DNA of 59,137 nt from contig CALLYE010000122.1 in assembly GCA_937875545.1 (NCBI GenBank), forward strand, positions 1-59,137, written 5' to 3'. The notes beneath the pieces were generated by a model. The model ran no database searches. It had not been told where the DNA came from and saw only the letters and a program-made list of their open reading frames with translations. Shown one piece after another: positions 37,302-46,020 of this stretch (positions are counted from its first letter, which is position 1; each line of letters opens with the position of its first letter). A program made the position numbers and the translations under genes. Origin of the DNA: an uncultured Clostridia bacterium. Lineage in GTDB: Bacteria > Bacillota > Clostridia > Oscillospirales > CAG-272.

Positions 37302-38039
37302 ATGGTCAAAGGATTTTACACAGCCGGTTCCGGAATGCTTTCGAGCGCGCGGAAACTGGATATAATCGGCTCGAACATCGCCAACACACGCACGGCGGGA
37401 TATAAAAGAGAGGGCGTCATCACCTCTGCGTTCAGAGATAAATTGGTTGTGAAAATCGACGGCCTGTCAGATCCGGCTGTGAGCAATCTGGGCAATGTAA
37501 ATCCAGGTCAGTTCATTGACAGCACCTATATCGACTTTGAACAGGGCGCGCTTAACAAAACCGATAATCCGCTGGATCTTGCTATCGAAGGGAAGGGCTT
37601 TTTTACCCTTCAAACCAACGCCGGCGCAATGTATACGCGGAACGGTTCATTTTCAATTGACGCCGATGGCTATGTGACAAACGCGAACGGCGGCAGATTG
37701 ATGGGAACGAACGGCCCTGTCAATACGGGCGGCGCGGGTTTTACGGTTGACGAGAACGGCGGCGTTTATATCAGCGAGCGTCGGATAAACACGCTGGCGA
37801 TATATTCTCCCGCAAATCCTGAAACGATGGTCAAGCAGAGCGAGGGACTTTTAACCGGCGGCGGCGCGCGGCTTCCTTTCACGGGCAATGTACGGCAGGG
37901 TTATACAGAAACCTCAAATGTCAGCATGATAAAAGAAATGATGGAAATGATCAGCAGCCAGCGTTCATTCCAATCAAACAGTCAGGTCGTCAAAATCATT
38001 GACGAAACGCTGGACAAGGCAGCCGAAATTGTAAAATAA
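37302..38039 (+). CDS. flgF: Flagellar basal-body rod protein (FlgF/FlgG family)
   Basis: IGSNIANTRTAGYKR N-terminus and TETSNVSMIKEMMEMISSQRSFQ C-terminus. Confidence 0.85.
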   Translation: MVKGFYTAGSGMLSSARKLDIIGSNIANTRTAGYKREGVITSAFRDKLVVKIDGLSDPAVSNLGNVNPGQFIDSTYIDFEQGALNKTDNPLDLAIEGKGFFTLQTNAGAMYTRNGSFSIDADGYVTNANGGRLMGTNGPVNTGGAGFTVDENGGVYISERRINTLAIYSPANPETMVKQSEGLLTGGGARLPFTGNVRQGYTETSNVSMIKEMMEMISSQRSFQSNSQVVKIIDETLDKAAEIVK

Positions 38040-38102
38040 CCGCAGGGTACGGCGCCCTCGGCGTGTAGGTAAGGCTATTAAAATAAAAAGGGAGTTTATA
38101 AA

Positions 38103-38783
38103 ATGATACGCGGATTTTATGCGGCGGGTTCCGGTCTTATAGGACAGCAAAAAGCCCTTGACAATGCTGCGAACAACCTTGCGAACATGAATACAACAGG
38201 ATATAAAAAGCAGCGCGTCAGCTTCTCCGAGCTGCTGTACAACAATGTAAAGGAAGCGCAGACGGGAAACGGTGTCCGCACGGCGGGCGTTGAAACGACT
38301 CACACACCCGGCGGTTATAGAGAAACGGGCAATCCTTTGGACTTTGCCGTGGTGTCAGATGGCTTTTTCGGAGTTTTAACGCGTGACGGCAGTGTAAAAT
38401 ATACCCGTGACGGCAGTTTTCATCTTTCATCCGAAGCGGATGGCAGTTATCTGACGACAGCCGACGGCGATTATGTTTTGGACCGAAACAGCAGAAAAAT
38501 TATACTTGACGGAGAAGATATAACCGATCGTATAGGCGTTTTTTCCTTTGCCAATTCGGGCGGCTTGACCAGAGAGGGAAACAATATGTTTTCTCCTTCC
38601 GAAAATTCAGGCGGCAGAAGGGTTACGGACGGGACTGTCGTGAACGGGTATCTCGAATCTTCCAATGTAGAATTAGCCGGAGAGATGTCCGATCTGATCT
38701 CCATCCAGAAATCGTTCCAGTTTAACGCGAAAATGCTTCAAACGGCGGACGAAATCGAAAATATAATTAATTCGCTGCGTTAA
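38103..38783 (+). CDS. flgG: Flagellar basal-body rod protein FlgG-like
   Basis: NLANMNTTGYKKQ N-terminus and LESSNVELAGEMSDLISIQKSFQ C-terminus. 226 aa, which is short for the family. Confidence 0.85.
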   Translation: MIRGFYAAGSGLIGQQKALDNAANNLANMNTTGYKKQRVSFSELLYNNVKEAQTGNGVRTAGVETTHTPGGYRETGNPLDFAVVSDGFFGVLTRDGSVKYTRDGSFHLSSEADGSYLTTADGDYVLDRNSRKIILDGEDITDRIGVFSFANSGGLTREGNNMFSPSENSGGRRVTDGTVVNGYLESSNVELAGEMSDLISIQKSFQFNAKMLQTADEIENIINSLR

Positions 38784-38799
38784 AAAATAAAATTACCTC

Positions 38800-38826
38800 T
38801 TAATTTTTCAGCGGCGCTGCCGATAA
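38800..38826 (+). promoter_or_regulatory. Sigma-28-type promoter upstream of flgM
   Basis: cTTAA (38800-38803), 15-nt spacer, GCCGATAA (38819-38826). Confidence 0.65.
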
Positions 38827-38911
38827 ATAGAACAGAGTCATCTTTTCGTTAATTCCTGTGGCTGTATGCGCAGGTATGAAAGATGCTATTGTCAGAAAAG
38901 TTGGTAATGAC

Positions 38912-39220
38912 ATGAGAATTAATAAAATCACACCGATCTCCTCGAATTTTCCCATAGAAAAGATGGGTATACATAAATCGTCCGGCGGTAAAAACGCCGG
39001 TTTGGTTGACAGCGGTAAACTTGACCGCAATCAAAATCAAACCGACCGTGTGGAGCTTGGACGCCGACCGCTCGAAGATCAGATAAAAAGCACGATGAAA
39101 GAGTCTATCCTTAAAACGGAAGGACAGCGCCGGGCAGAGAAGTTGGAAGCGTTAAAACAGCAAATCTCTGAAAACCGGTATTTTATCAAAACGGATGATA
39201 TCGTAAAATCAATGCTATAA
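38912..39220 (+). CDS. flgM: Anti-sigma-28 factor FlgM
   Basis: About 102 aa from ATG 38912 (MRINKITP). C-terminal KLEALKQQISENRYFIKTDDIVKSML matches the FlgM sigma-binding helix pattern. Confidence 0.75.
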   Translation: MRINKITPISSNFPIEKMGIHKSSGGKNAGLVDSGKLDRNQNQTDRVELGRRPLEDQIKSTMKESILKTEGQRRAEKLEALKQQISENRYFIKTDDIVKSML

Positions 39221-39264
39221 CATATCTTTCGCTATGCTCATTAAAATTTATAAGTGGTGATATT

Positions 39265-39744
39265 TTGAAAGAATCCTATCAATTGCTTGACGTATTAAAA
39301 GGTCAGTTGGAAACCTGCCGGGATTATCTTTCTCTGCTTAAGAAAAAGACTGAATCACTGGTGGTGGGCGATATAAAATCCCTTGACTCGATTGTGCGTG
39401 TGGAGCAGGCTATATTAATGAAAATGGAAAGCTTTGACCGAAGGCGCAATCAACTGCTGATGAACGCGGGACTTAAAAATATCACCATCAGCGAATTGAT
39501 TGCCGACCACATCACAAAAGAAGAACAACCCGATTATCAGGAAGTTTTTGACGAGTTGTCAGTCGCGATTGAAGCTCTGCGGAAAAACAGCGCTTTAAAC
39601 GAACGGCTGCTTAAACAGCGTCTGTCGGTAGTCAATTCGTTTTTAAACGGGTCCATGCCAGGTATACCGATTGACGCTAATATGAACATAACCGTCGAGG
39701 ACGAAAGCAAAGACATTCCGGGTAAAAAAAATAAAAAAGTATGA
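39265..39744 (+). CDS. flgN: FlgN-family flagellar chaperone
   Basis: 159-aa helical protein, TTG start, positioned between flgM and flgK as in B. subtilis yvyG. Confidence 0.65.
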   Translation: MKESYQLLDVLKGQLETCRDYLSLLKKKTESLVVGDIKSLDSIVRVEQAILMKMESFDRRRNQLLMNAGLKNITISELIADHITKEEQPDYQEVFDELSVAIEALRKNSALNERLLKQRLSVVNSFLNGSMPGIPIDANMNITVEDESKDIPGKKNKKV

Positions 39745-39749
39745 ATAAT

Positions 39750-39769
39750 GAGCGGCACACTCGCCGCTC
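39750..39769 (+). other. Intra-operon hairpin between flgN and flgK (possible attenuator or processing site)
   Basis: gagcggc-acactc-gccgctc, 7-bp stem. There is no clear U-tract. Confidence 0.3.
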
Positions 39770-39833
39770 TGTGATATAAAATTGCGGCGGGCGCTGCCAC
39801 AACAGACGCTCCGCGAACGGAGGCATTATTTTT

Positions 39834-41303
39834 ATGCGGGCAACATTTTTCGGATTTGAGGCAGCCAGAAAGGCTTTGATCGTCAGCCAGACGGGTTTGG
39901 ACGTGACCATGCAGAACGTCTCTAACATAAATACTCAAGGCTATACCCGGCAGCGGACAGATATCTCCTCATTATCTTTGGGCGCCGGCAAAGACCGGTA
40001 CGCAAAAGCAGTGGGTGATACTGTCGGTCAGGGCGCCGAGGTCACGGGCATCACTCAAATAAGGGATCAGTTTTTAGACGCCCGCTTTCGCCGTGATAAT
40101 GCCGAATACAATTATTGGAATACAAAAGTAAATATTTTATCTGATGTAGAAGATGTGATTGACGAAATATCGACAGATGCCCTGGACGCAAGACTGAAGG
40201 ATTTTTACAACCAACTGCAGAGTTTTGCCGGCAACGCCGAAACGGTGGAGTTCGCTTCGATCTTCCGTTCTTCCGCGCAAAAAGTCGTCGATATGTTTCG
40301 TCAGTATACATTCAAATTATCAGAAATCAAAGATGAACAGGTTTTCAACTGCGAAACCGAAATATCCGACGTTAACAAAATTGTTGTCAAGTTAGCCGAA
40401 TACAACAAACAAATTAAAGGTGAATATATACAGGGAGCCACGCCCAACGAACTGCTGGACGACCGGAATTTGCTGCTTGACAAGCTGTCGGGTATGATAG
40501 GGACAAATTTTGATTTTTATCCCGACGGACAGGTTTCTGTTTCTATAGGCGGCAGAAATATATTGGACAGCCAAAAGGGCAATTTTATACGCCCGCTTTC
40601 TGTAGATGCTTCCGGTTATCCCGTAACCGTTGCTTTTGACGATGGCAAACCCATATCCGTTAACAGCGGCAGTGTGGCGGCATATTTAGACGTCTTAAAC
40701 GGCAAGGGCGTATCCGCGGATCCGGGTGAAAACGAAAGCAAGGGCATATTATATTTCCAACAGTCGATCGACGAGCTGGCTAAAGCCTTTGCGGACAATT
40801 TCAACACGATAAACGATACGCTGAACGACGGGCGAAAGCTGTTTACAAGCGGCGCCGCCGGCGGCGCAATAACGGCGGGTAACATCGCCATATCGGAAGA
40901 GTGGCAGAAGGACGCAATGTTTATCACCCGCTCTGCTCTCACGCCGACCGGAGGTACGCCGGCTGACGGAAGACCCGACAATTTATTGAAAATGCTGGAA
41001 AGCATGAACGAAAAAAAGCAAATCAACCCTTATTTTAAAGGCACATTTGAAGAATACGCCGGCTCGATTATGGGCGATATCGGCGTGGAAGGCAATTTTG
41101 CCAAAGATATGGCGAAAACAACCGGATATGTGCTGAGTACTATCGAAGATCAGCGGGAATCGGTTTCGGGAGTTCTCCTTGACGAAGAAGTGGTTAATAT
41201 GGTCAAGTTCCAAAAGGCTTATAACGCCGCTGCCCGACTTATGACCGCCATGGACGAAATGCTTGACGTTTTAATAAACCGCCTGGGGATAGTCGGCAGA
41301 TAA
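39834..41303 (+). CDS. flgK: Flagellar hook-associated protein 1 FlgK
   Basis: QTGLDVTMQNVSNINTQGYTRQ N-terminus and VLLDEEVVNMVKFQKAYNAAARL C-terminus. Confidence 0.93.
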   Translation: MRATFFGFEAARKALIVSQTGLDVTMQNVSNINTQGYTRQRTDISSLSLGAGKDRYAKAVGDTVGQGAEVTGITQIRDQFLDARFRRDNAEYNYWNTKVNILSDVEDVIDEISTDALDARLKDFYNQLQSFAGNAETVEFASIFRSSAQKVVDMFRQYTFKLSEIKDEQVFNCETEISDVNKIVVKLAEYNKQIKGEYIQGATPNELLDDRNLLLDKLSGMIGTNFDFYPDGQVSVSIGGRNILDSQKGNFIRPLSVDASGYPVTVAFDDGKPISVNSGSVAAYLDVLNGKGVSADPGENESKGILYFQQSIDELAKAFADNFNTINDTLNDGRKLFTSGAAGGAITAGNIAISEEWQKDAMFITRSALTPTGGTPADGRPDNLLKMLESMNEKKQINPYFKGTFEEYAGSIMGDIGVEGNFAKDMAKTTGYVLSTIEDQRESVSGVLLDEEVVNMVKFQKAYNAAARLMTAMDEMLDVLINRLGIVGR

Positions 41304-41330
41304 CAAAATTGGGGACAGGAGAACATAATC

Positions 41331-42302
41331 ATGCGCATTACAAATAATTTGTTAAACAACAGATTCTACCGTCACCTGAACGACTCTATATCGGTTATGG
41401 ATAACCTCAACGAAAGGGTGCTTACCGGATCAAAGTTTAACAGGGCTTCCGAGGATGTCGCAGGCGCAATGAAAGCGCTGAAAGTGCGCCGGAGCCTGTC
41501 ACGCAACGATCAATATCAAAAAAATATCCGCGATGCGCAGGGCGTGTTGGATCAGACGGAGTCCACGCTTATGGGCATACATGAAATACTCAATCTGGCA
41601 AAAGAAAATTGCATCCAAGGCTCTAACGGTGTTTTGTCCGATTCTAACCGCGAGACTATGATGACCGTTTTCAAAGGTTTGCAGGACAGTCTTCTAAAAC
41701 TTGCCAACGAAAAATATGCCGGAAAATATATTTTCGGCGGCCCTAATACCACCACTCCGCCATTTACGTTTGACGCCGACGGCAATTTAATGTACAACGG
41801 CGTTGATGTGAACGACGCGGCAAATATCAGCACGGAAGAGATTTTCGTGGACGTGGGTCTGGGGCTGTCCTTTAACGCCTCCGGACAGGTTGAGGGACAT
41901 ACGGCGGTATCGGTCAGCACACCCGGCAGCAGCGTGCTGGGTTACGGCGTTGACGCGGACGGCATTCCCAACAATATATACCTCCTTTTCGGAGATATAA
42001 TAAATTCGCTGGAATCGAACGATATGCCAATGCTTGAAAAGCAATTGGCGAAAGTCGCGGAGAAGGGCGACAGTATCCTTGTACAGGTTGCGGGGATAGG
42101 CGAGCGGTGTCAGTATGTAGAGTTCCTTAACGACCGTATGGAGCTTACGACATTGAATTTACAGAAAAAACAAATGGACATCGAATCGGCTGACCGCGCA
42201 AAAAGCATAACGGACTTTAAACAAGCGGATATGGCATATCAAGCGGCGCTCCAGATGGGTTCAAAAATACTGCAGACCTCGCTGCTCGATTTTTTAAGAT
42301 AA
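41331..42302 (+). CDS. flgL: Flagellar hook-associated protein 3 FlgL
   Basis: Flagellin-like N-terminus (LTGSKFNRASEDVAGA) and C-terminal DMAYQAALQMGSKILQTSLLDFL. Confidence 0.9.
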   Translation: MRITNNLLNNRFYRHLNDSISVMDNLNERVLTGSKFNRASEDVAGAMKALKVRRSLSRNDQYQKNIRDAQGVLDQTESTLMGIHEILNLAKENCIQGSNGVLSDSNRETMMTVFKGLQDSLLKLANEKYAGKYIFGGPNTTTPPFTFDADGNLMYNGVDVNDAANISTEEIFVDVGLGLSFNASGQVEGHTAVSVSTPGSSVLGYGVDADGIPNNIYLLFGDIINSLESNDMPMLEKQLAKVAEKGDSILVQVAGIGERCQYVEFLNDRMELTTLNLQKKQMDIESADRAKSITDFKQADMAYQAALQMGSKILQTSLLDFLR

Positions 42303-42361
42303 CTCTTTTTTTAAAACAATAACCGTTAGGAGATAACAATAACAGACAGGAGGGCGGAGCA

Positions 42362-43009
42362 TTGCTGCCGAAGCTGCAAATACAATCGACACCAATACGG
42401 ATACAGTACGTAACAGAAAAGGCGGAGCACCGCATCCGCAGCTTCCGTCCGCAATGTCATGTATCTCGAACGCGCAACGGCTTGTCTATCCGATCCCAGC
42501 CCGCGCAAATTAAAATATCCAGCCGGGGGCTGAAAGAAAGCATATTGACCCTCAAACCGACGCTCACCCTGCTGCACGAAATCGCCGACGAAGGGACAAC
42601 CGCGGCGAAAGAAGCCACCGCCGACGCGGTGGAGTTCGGCAACGCGATGAAGAAAAGCAGCATCGCCGATATAATCGCACAGAAAAACGCTCCGAAAATC
42701 GAAACCGAGCTGGCGTTCATCCCCCATTCAGGGGTTGATATCGAAGTGACAGACCCTGTGCTCGAGATTGAATATATACCCGACGAGGTGGAGTGCCGCT
42801 GGGATATACGGAAGCCTTATATTGAATATATCCCGTATCGCGTATCTTTCGAAGTGGTTCAATACCCGGAGCTTAGCATCAGATTTATCGACACCGAGAG
42901 CGGCTGGCCGCAAAATCCCGCACTGCTTAAGCAGCAAAGAAACGCTTTTCTGGGCAACAACAAAGAATCACATAAATCTGAAAATCATAAACACGGAGAT
43001 AAAGTGTGA
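42362..43009 (+). CDS. YviE/DUF6470-like protein
   Basis: 215 aa, TTG start. Sits between flgL and fliW, as yviE does in B. subtilis. The call rests on position plus weak motif recall. Confidence 0.5.
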   Translation: MLPKLQIQSTPIRIQYVTEKAEHRIRSFRPQCHVSRTRNGLSIRSQPAQIKISSRGLKESILTLKPTLTLLHEIADEGTTAAKEATADAVEFGNAMKKSSIADIIAQKNAPKIETELAFIPHSGVDIEVTDPVLEIEYIPDEVECRWDIRKPYIEYIPYRVSFEVVQYPELSIRFIDTESGWPQNPALLKQQRNAFLGNNKESHKSENHKHGDKV

Positions 43010-43452
43010 CAAATGACAAATACGAGGGAAATAATATTTTAATATTCCAAAACGGCATTTTGGGTTTTGAGGATGTAAAACGGTATAAACTTGAACCCTC
43101 GGACGATGATTCCCCTTTTTATTCGCTGACCGCCGTAGACGGACATCCCTCATTTGTCGTCTGCGACCCGTTATGGTTTGTGCCTGATTACACAATCCCG
43201 AACCTGCCCGGAATTGACAACGCAATCGAAAGGCTTGCGGCGGACAGCGCGGAGGATCTGCGTTGTCTTGCCATTGTCAACATCCCCGGCACCGCGTGCG
43301 ACGCCACCGCTAATTTGAAAGCGCCTGTTATCATTAATATAAAGAATAATTACGCTGACCAATTCGTGCTCGACGATCCTGATCTGCTGATAAAATACAG
43401 GTTGTTTGACAACAGTCCGGCTTATGAAAACAGCCGAGCGGAGGTCGAATAA
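43006..43452 (+). CDS. fliW: Flagellar assembly factor FliW
   Basis: ILIFQNGILGFEDVKRYKLEP and NLKAPVIIN motifs. GTG start overlapping the upstream stop. Confidence 0.9.
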   Translation: MTNDKYEGNNILIFQNGILGFEDVKRYKLEPSDDDSPFYSLTAVDGHPSFVVCDPLWFVPDYTIPNLPGIDNAIERLAADSAEDLRCLAIVNIPGTACDATANLKAPVIINIKNNYADQFVLDDPDLLIKYRLFDNSPAYENSRAEVE

Positions 43453-43688
43453 TGCTTATTTTATCGAGAAAAACAGGCGAAGCGCTGTTGATAGACGGCG
43501 ACATTGAGGTCACTGTTCTGGAAATACAGGGCGACCGTGTGCGTATCGGCATAAACGCGCCCGCCGATGTGCCCATCCTCCGCCGTGAGATCGCCGAAAC
43601 CGCGGGAGAAAACGCCGAGGCCGCCCGTGCGCTGCCCGTGGACGAGCTGATGAACCTTAACAATTTTATGAAAAAAAATAAAAACTGA
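43452..43688 (+). CDS. csrA: Carbon storage regulator CsrA
   Basis: MLILSRKTGEALLIDGDIEVTVLEIQGDRVRIGINAP. Confidence 0.95.
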   Translation: MLILSRKTGEALLIDGDIEVTVLEIQGDRVRIGINAPADVPILRREIAETAGENAEAARALPVDELMNLNNFMKKNKN

Positions 43689-43691
43689 AAA

Positions 43692-43726
43692 GCGCTTGCG
43701 GGTTTATAAAACCGCAGGCGCATTTT
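43692..43726 (+). terminator. Rho-independent terminator after csrA
   Basis: gcgcttgcgggttt-ata-aaaccgcaggcgc followed by atttt. Confidence 0.7.
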
Positions 43727-43769
43727 ATATTAAAACTATAAAATTTTGAGAAATATTTTATTTATCCAC

Positions 43770-43796
43770 TTAATAAATAATAAATCACACCGATAT
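43770..43796 (+). promoter_or_regulatory. Sigma-28-type promoter upstream of flagellin copy 1
   Basis: cTTAA (43770-43773), 15-nt spacer, aCCGATAT (43789-43796). Confidence 0.65.
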
Positions 43797-43889
43797 ATAT
43801 AGCAGAACAGGAAAACAACCTGTCGCTCGTTTATATACAGTCCGTTGCGTACGAATGGGCTGTATATAAATAAGATAAAATTTAAAAAA

Positions 43890-43912
43890 GCAGATGGAAT
43901 GGATTCCACTGC
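43890..43912 (+). promoter_or_regulatory. GGA-containing leader hairpin, candidate CsrA site (fliC copy 1)
   Basis: gcagatGGAatGGAttccactgc, 10 nt upstream of the SD AAGGAGGA (43923-43930). Confidence 0.45.
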
Positions 43913-43937
43913 AAAGAATTTCAAGGAGGAAATATTA

Positions 43938-44768
43938 ATGAGAATCAACCATAACATTTCCGCTCTCAATACACACCGCCAGATGAGCGTCAACAACACC
44001 AACACCAGCAAATCTATGGAAAAGCTTTCGTCCGGTCTGCGTATCAACCGCGCAGCCGACGACGCAGCCGGACTTTCGATTTCCGAAAAAATGCGCAGCC
44101 AAATTCGCGGTCTGACTCAGGCAACCCGCAACGCACAGGACGGAATTTCTTACATACAGACAGCAGAAGGTGCGCTGACAGAAGTATCTGATATGCTGAC
44201 TCGTATGAAAGAACTTTCTGTACAAGTTGCAAACGGGACCTATAGTAACGATGACAAAGCAAACATTGGTCTTGAAATGAATGCTCTCGGCAATGCAATG
44301 AACGAAATTTATACAAATACTAAATTTAACGGAATTGAAGTATTTAATACTGATACAACTATTGCATATGGCGAAAGTGGCGGTACAACGCTTAGCATTG
44401 CTTCTGCAACTACAACCAATTTTGACGTTTTAAAAGGTTTGACAGATGCTATCGGCACAGCAGCAGATGCTACGGCAGCCGCTGCTGCTGCTGCGGCTGT
44501 TACCAGTGATAAGGTAGAAGATGTTATCACCGAAGTAAACAAGCAGCGTGCTACCTACGGTTCGCAGCAGAACCAGCTCGAGCATGTGGTCAACAACCAA
44601 AACACAACCGCCGAGAATTTATCTGCTTCCGAAAGCCGCGTCCGTGATGTTGATATGGCAAAAGAAATGATGGAGTTCACAAAGAATAACATCCTGCTCC
44701 AGGCGGCACAAGCGATGCTCGCGCAGGCGAACAGCCAGCCGCAGGGCGTGCTCCAGTTGCTCCGCTAA
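43938..44768 (+). CDS. fliC: Flagellin (copy 1, 276 aa)
   Basis: MRINHNISALNTHRQ...LSSGLRINRAADDAAGLSISEKMR N-terminus and LLQAAQAMLAQANSQPQGVLQLLR C-terminus. ATG follows AAGGAGG. Confidence 0.95.
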   Translation: MRINHNISALNTHRQMSVNNTNTSKSMEKLSSGLRINRAADDAAGLSISEKMRSQIRGLTQATRNAQDGISYIQTAEGALTEVSDMLTRMKELSVQVANGTYSNDDKANIGLEMNALGNAMNEIYTNTKFNGIEVFNTDTTIAYGESGGTTLSIASATTTNFDVLKGLTDAIGTAADATAAAAAAAAVTSDKVEDVITEVNKQRATYGSQQNQLEHVVNNQNTTAENLSASESRVRDVDMAKEMMEFTKNNILLQAAQAMLAQANSQPQGVLQLLR

Positions 44769-44783
44769 AGTTACCTAACTCTC

Positions 44784-44804
44784 GGGCGAATATAAAATTC
44801 GCCC
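44784..44804 (+). other. Hairpin just after flagellin copy 1, without a U-tract (weak or partial terminator)
   Basis: gggcgaat-ataaa-attcgccc followed by tacaaaatcc. Confidence 0.4.
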
Positions 44805-44826
44805 TACAAAATCCACAATAAAAATA

Positions 44827-44844
44827 TGCGGAAAGGAATCCGCA
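44827..44844 (+). promoter_or_regulatory. Hexaloop AAGGAA hairpin, candidate CsrA site (fliC copy 2)
   Basis: tgcgga-AAGGAA-tccgca, 10 nt upstream of the SD AAGGAGGA (44855-44862). Confidence 0.5.
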
Positions 44845-44869
44845 ATATAATTTCAAGGAGGAAATATTA

Positions 44870-45700
44870 ATGAGAATCAACCATAACATTTCCGCTCTCA
44901 ATACACACCGCCAGATGAGCGTCAACAACACCAACACCAGCAAATCTATGGAAAAGCTTTCGTCCGGTCTGCGTATCAACCGCGCAGCCGACGACGCAGC
45001 CGGACTTTCGATTTCCGAAAAAATGCGCAGCCAAATTCGCGGTCTGACTCAGGCAACCCGCAACGCACAGGACGGAATTTCTTACATACAGACAGCAGAA
45101 GGTGCGCTGACAGAAGTATCTGATATGCTGACTCGTATGAAAGAACTTTCTGTACAAGTTGCAAACGGGACCTATAGTAACGATGACAAAGCAAACATTG
45201 GTCTTGAAATGAATGCTCTCGGCAATGCAATGAACGAAATTTATACAAATACTAAATTTAACGGAATTGAAGTATTTAATACTGATACAACTATTGCATA
45301 TGGCGAAAGTGGCGGTACAACGCTTAGCATTGCTTCTGCAACTACAACCAATTTTGACGTTTTAAAAGGTTTGACAGATGCTATCGGCACAGCAGCAGAT
45401 GCTACGGCAGCCGCTGCTGCTGCTGCGGCTGTTACCAGTGATAAGGTAGAAGATGTTATCACCGAAGTAAACAAGCAGCGTGCTACCTACGGTTCGCAGC
45501 AGAACCAGCTCGAGCATGTGGTCAACAACCAAAACACAACCGCCGAGAATTTATCTGCTTCCGAAAGCCGCGTCCGTGATGTTGATATGGCAAAAGAAAT
45601 GATGGAGTTCACAAAGAATAACATCCTGCTCCAGGCGGCACAAGCGATGCTCGCGCAGGCGAACAGCCAGCCGCAGGGCGTTCTGCAGCTCCTCCGCTAA
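44870..45700 (+). CDS. fliC: Flagellin (copy 2, protein identical to copy 1)
   Basis: The 276-aa translation is identical to 43938-44768. Confidence 0.95.
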   Translation: MRINHNISALNTHRQMSVNNTNTSKSMEKLSSGLRINRAADDAAGLSISEKMRSQIRGLTQATRNAQDGISYIQTAEGALTEVSDMLTRMKELSVQVANGTYSNDDKANIGLEMNALGNAMNEIYTNTKFNGIEVFNTDTTIAYGESGGTTLSIASATTTNFDVLKGLTDAIGTAADATAAAAAAAAVTSDKVEDVITEVNKQRATYGSQQNQLEHVVNNQNTTAENLSASESRVRDVDMAKEMMEFTKNNILLQAAQAMLAQANSQPQGVLQLLR

Positions 45701-45791
45701 GCAATTGACAAATGACAGTGAGCAGTTGATATTTATAATATTTTACCGCATGGCGCTGTTCGCTGACTATTAATCAAGAAGAATAATAATA

Positions 45792-45842
45792 ATATCGGGA
45801 GATTCGGTTAATTCTTACCGATTCTCCCGATATTCACTTTTT
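45792..45842 (+). terminator. Rho-independent terminator after flagellin copy 2
   Basis: atatcgggagattcggt / accgattctcccgatat (17-bp stem, 1 mismatch), 8-nt loop, then tcacttttt. Confidence 0.8.
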
Positions 45843-45892
45843 ATAATAAACAACCCTTGACAAGTTATGCCACAGATGATATATTAAATATA

Positions 45893-45999
45893 TAATACTA
45901 AAATTCGATAACTAATGAAAAAAATCCGCGTCAAAACCCATATATTCAAGCTTTTGGCGCGGATTTTTACCGAGTCTATAATCGAATTTAAGTATAAAT
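45893..45999. repeat. Palindromic ~105-bp intergenic repeat, copy B
   Basis: Aligns end to end with 4967-5071 (about 9 substitutions and 2 one-nt indels). The inner stem aatccgcgtcaaaa/ttttggcgcggatt keeps pairing through a G-U. Confidence 0.85.
45954..45982 (+). promoter_or_regulatory. Sigma-70-type promoter inside repeat copy B, facing the glycosyltransferase gene
   Basis: TTGGCG (45954-45959), 17-nt spacer, TATAAT (45977-45982), 39 nt before ATG 46021. Confidence 0.5.
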
Positions 46000-46020
46000 G
46001 ATGTTTAAAAAGGTATATAG

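Larger units (their letters stand above)
43917..45681 (+). repeat. Tandem duplication: two 833-bp perfectly identical units at a 932-bp period (43917-44749 and 44849-45681)
   Basis: Line-by-line comparison shows no mismatch from the aatttcaaggagg leader to codon 270. Then 4 synonymous differences occur in the last 6 codons. Confidence 0.92.
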
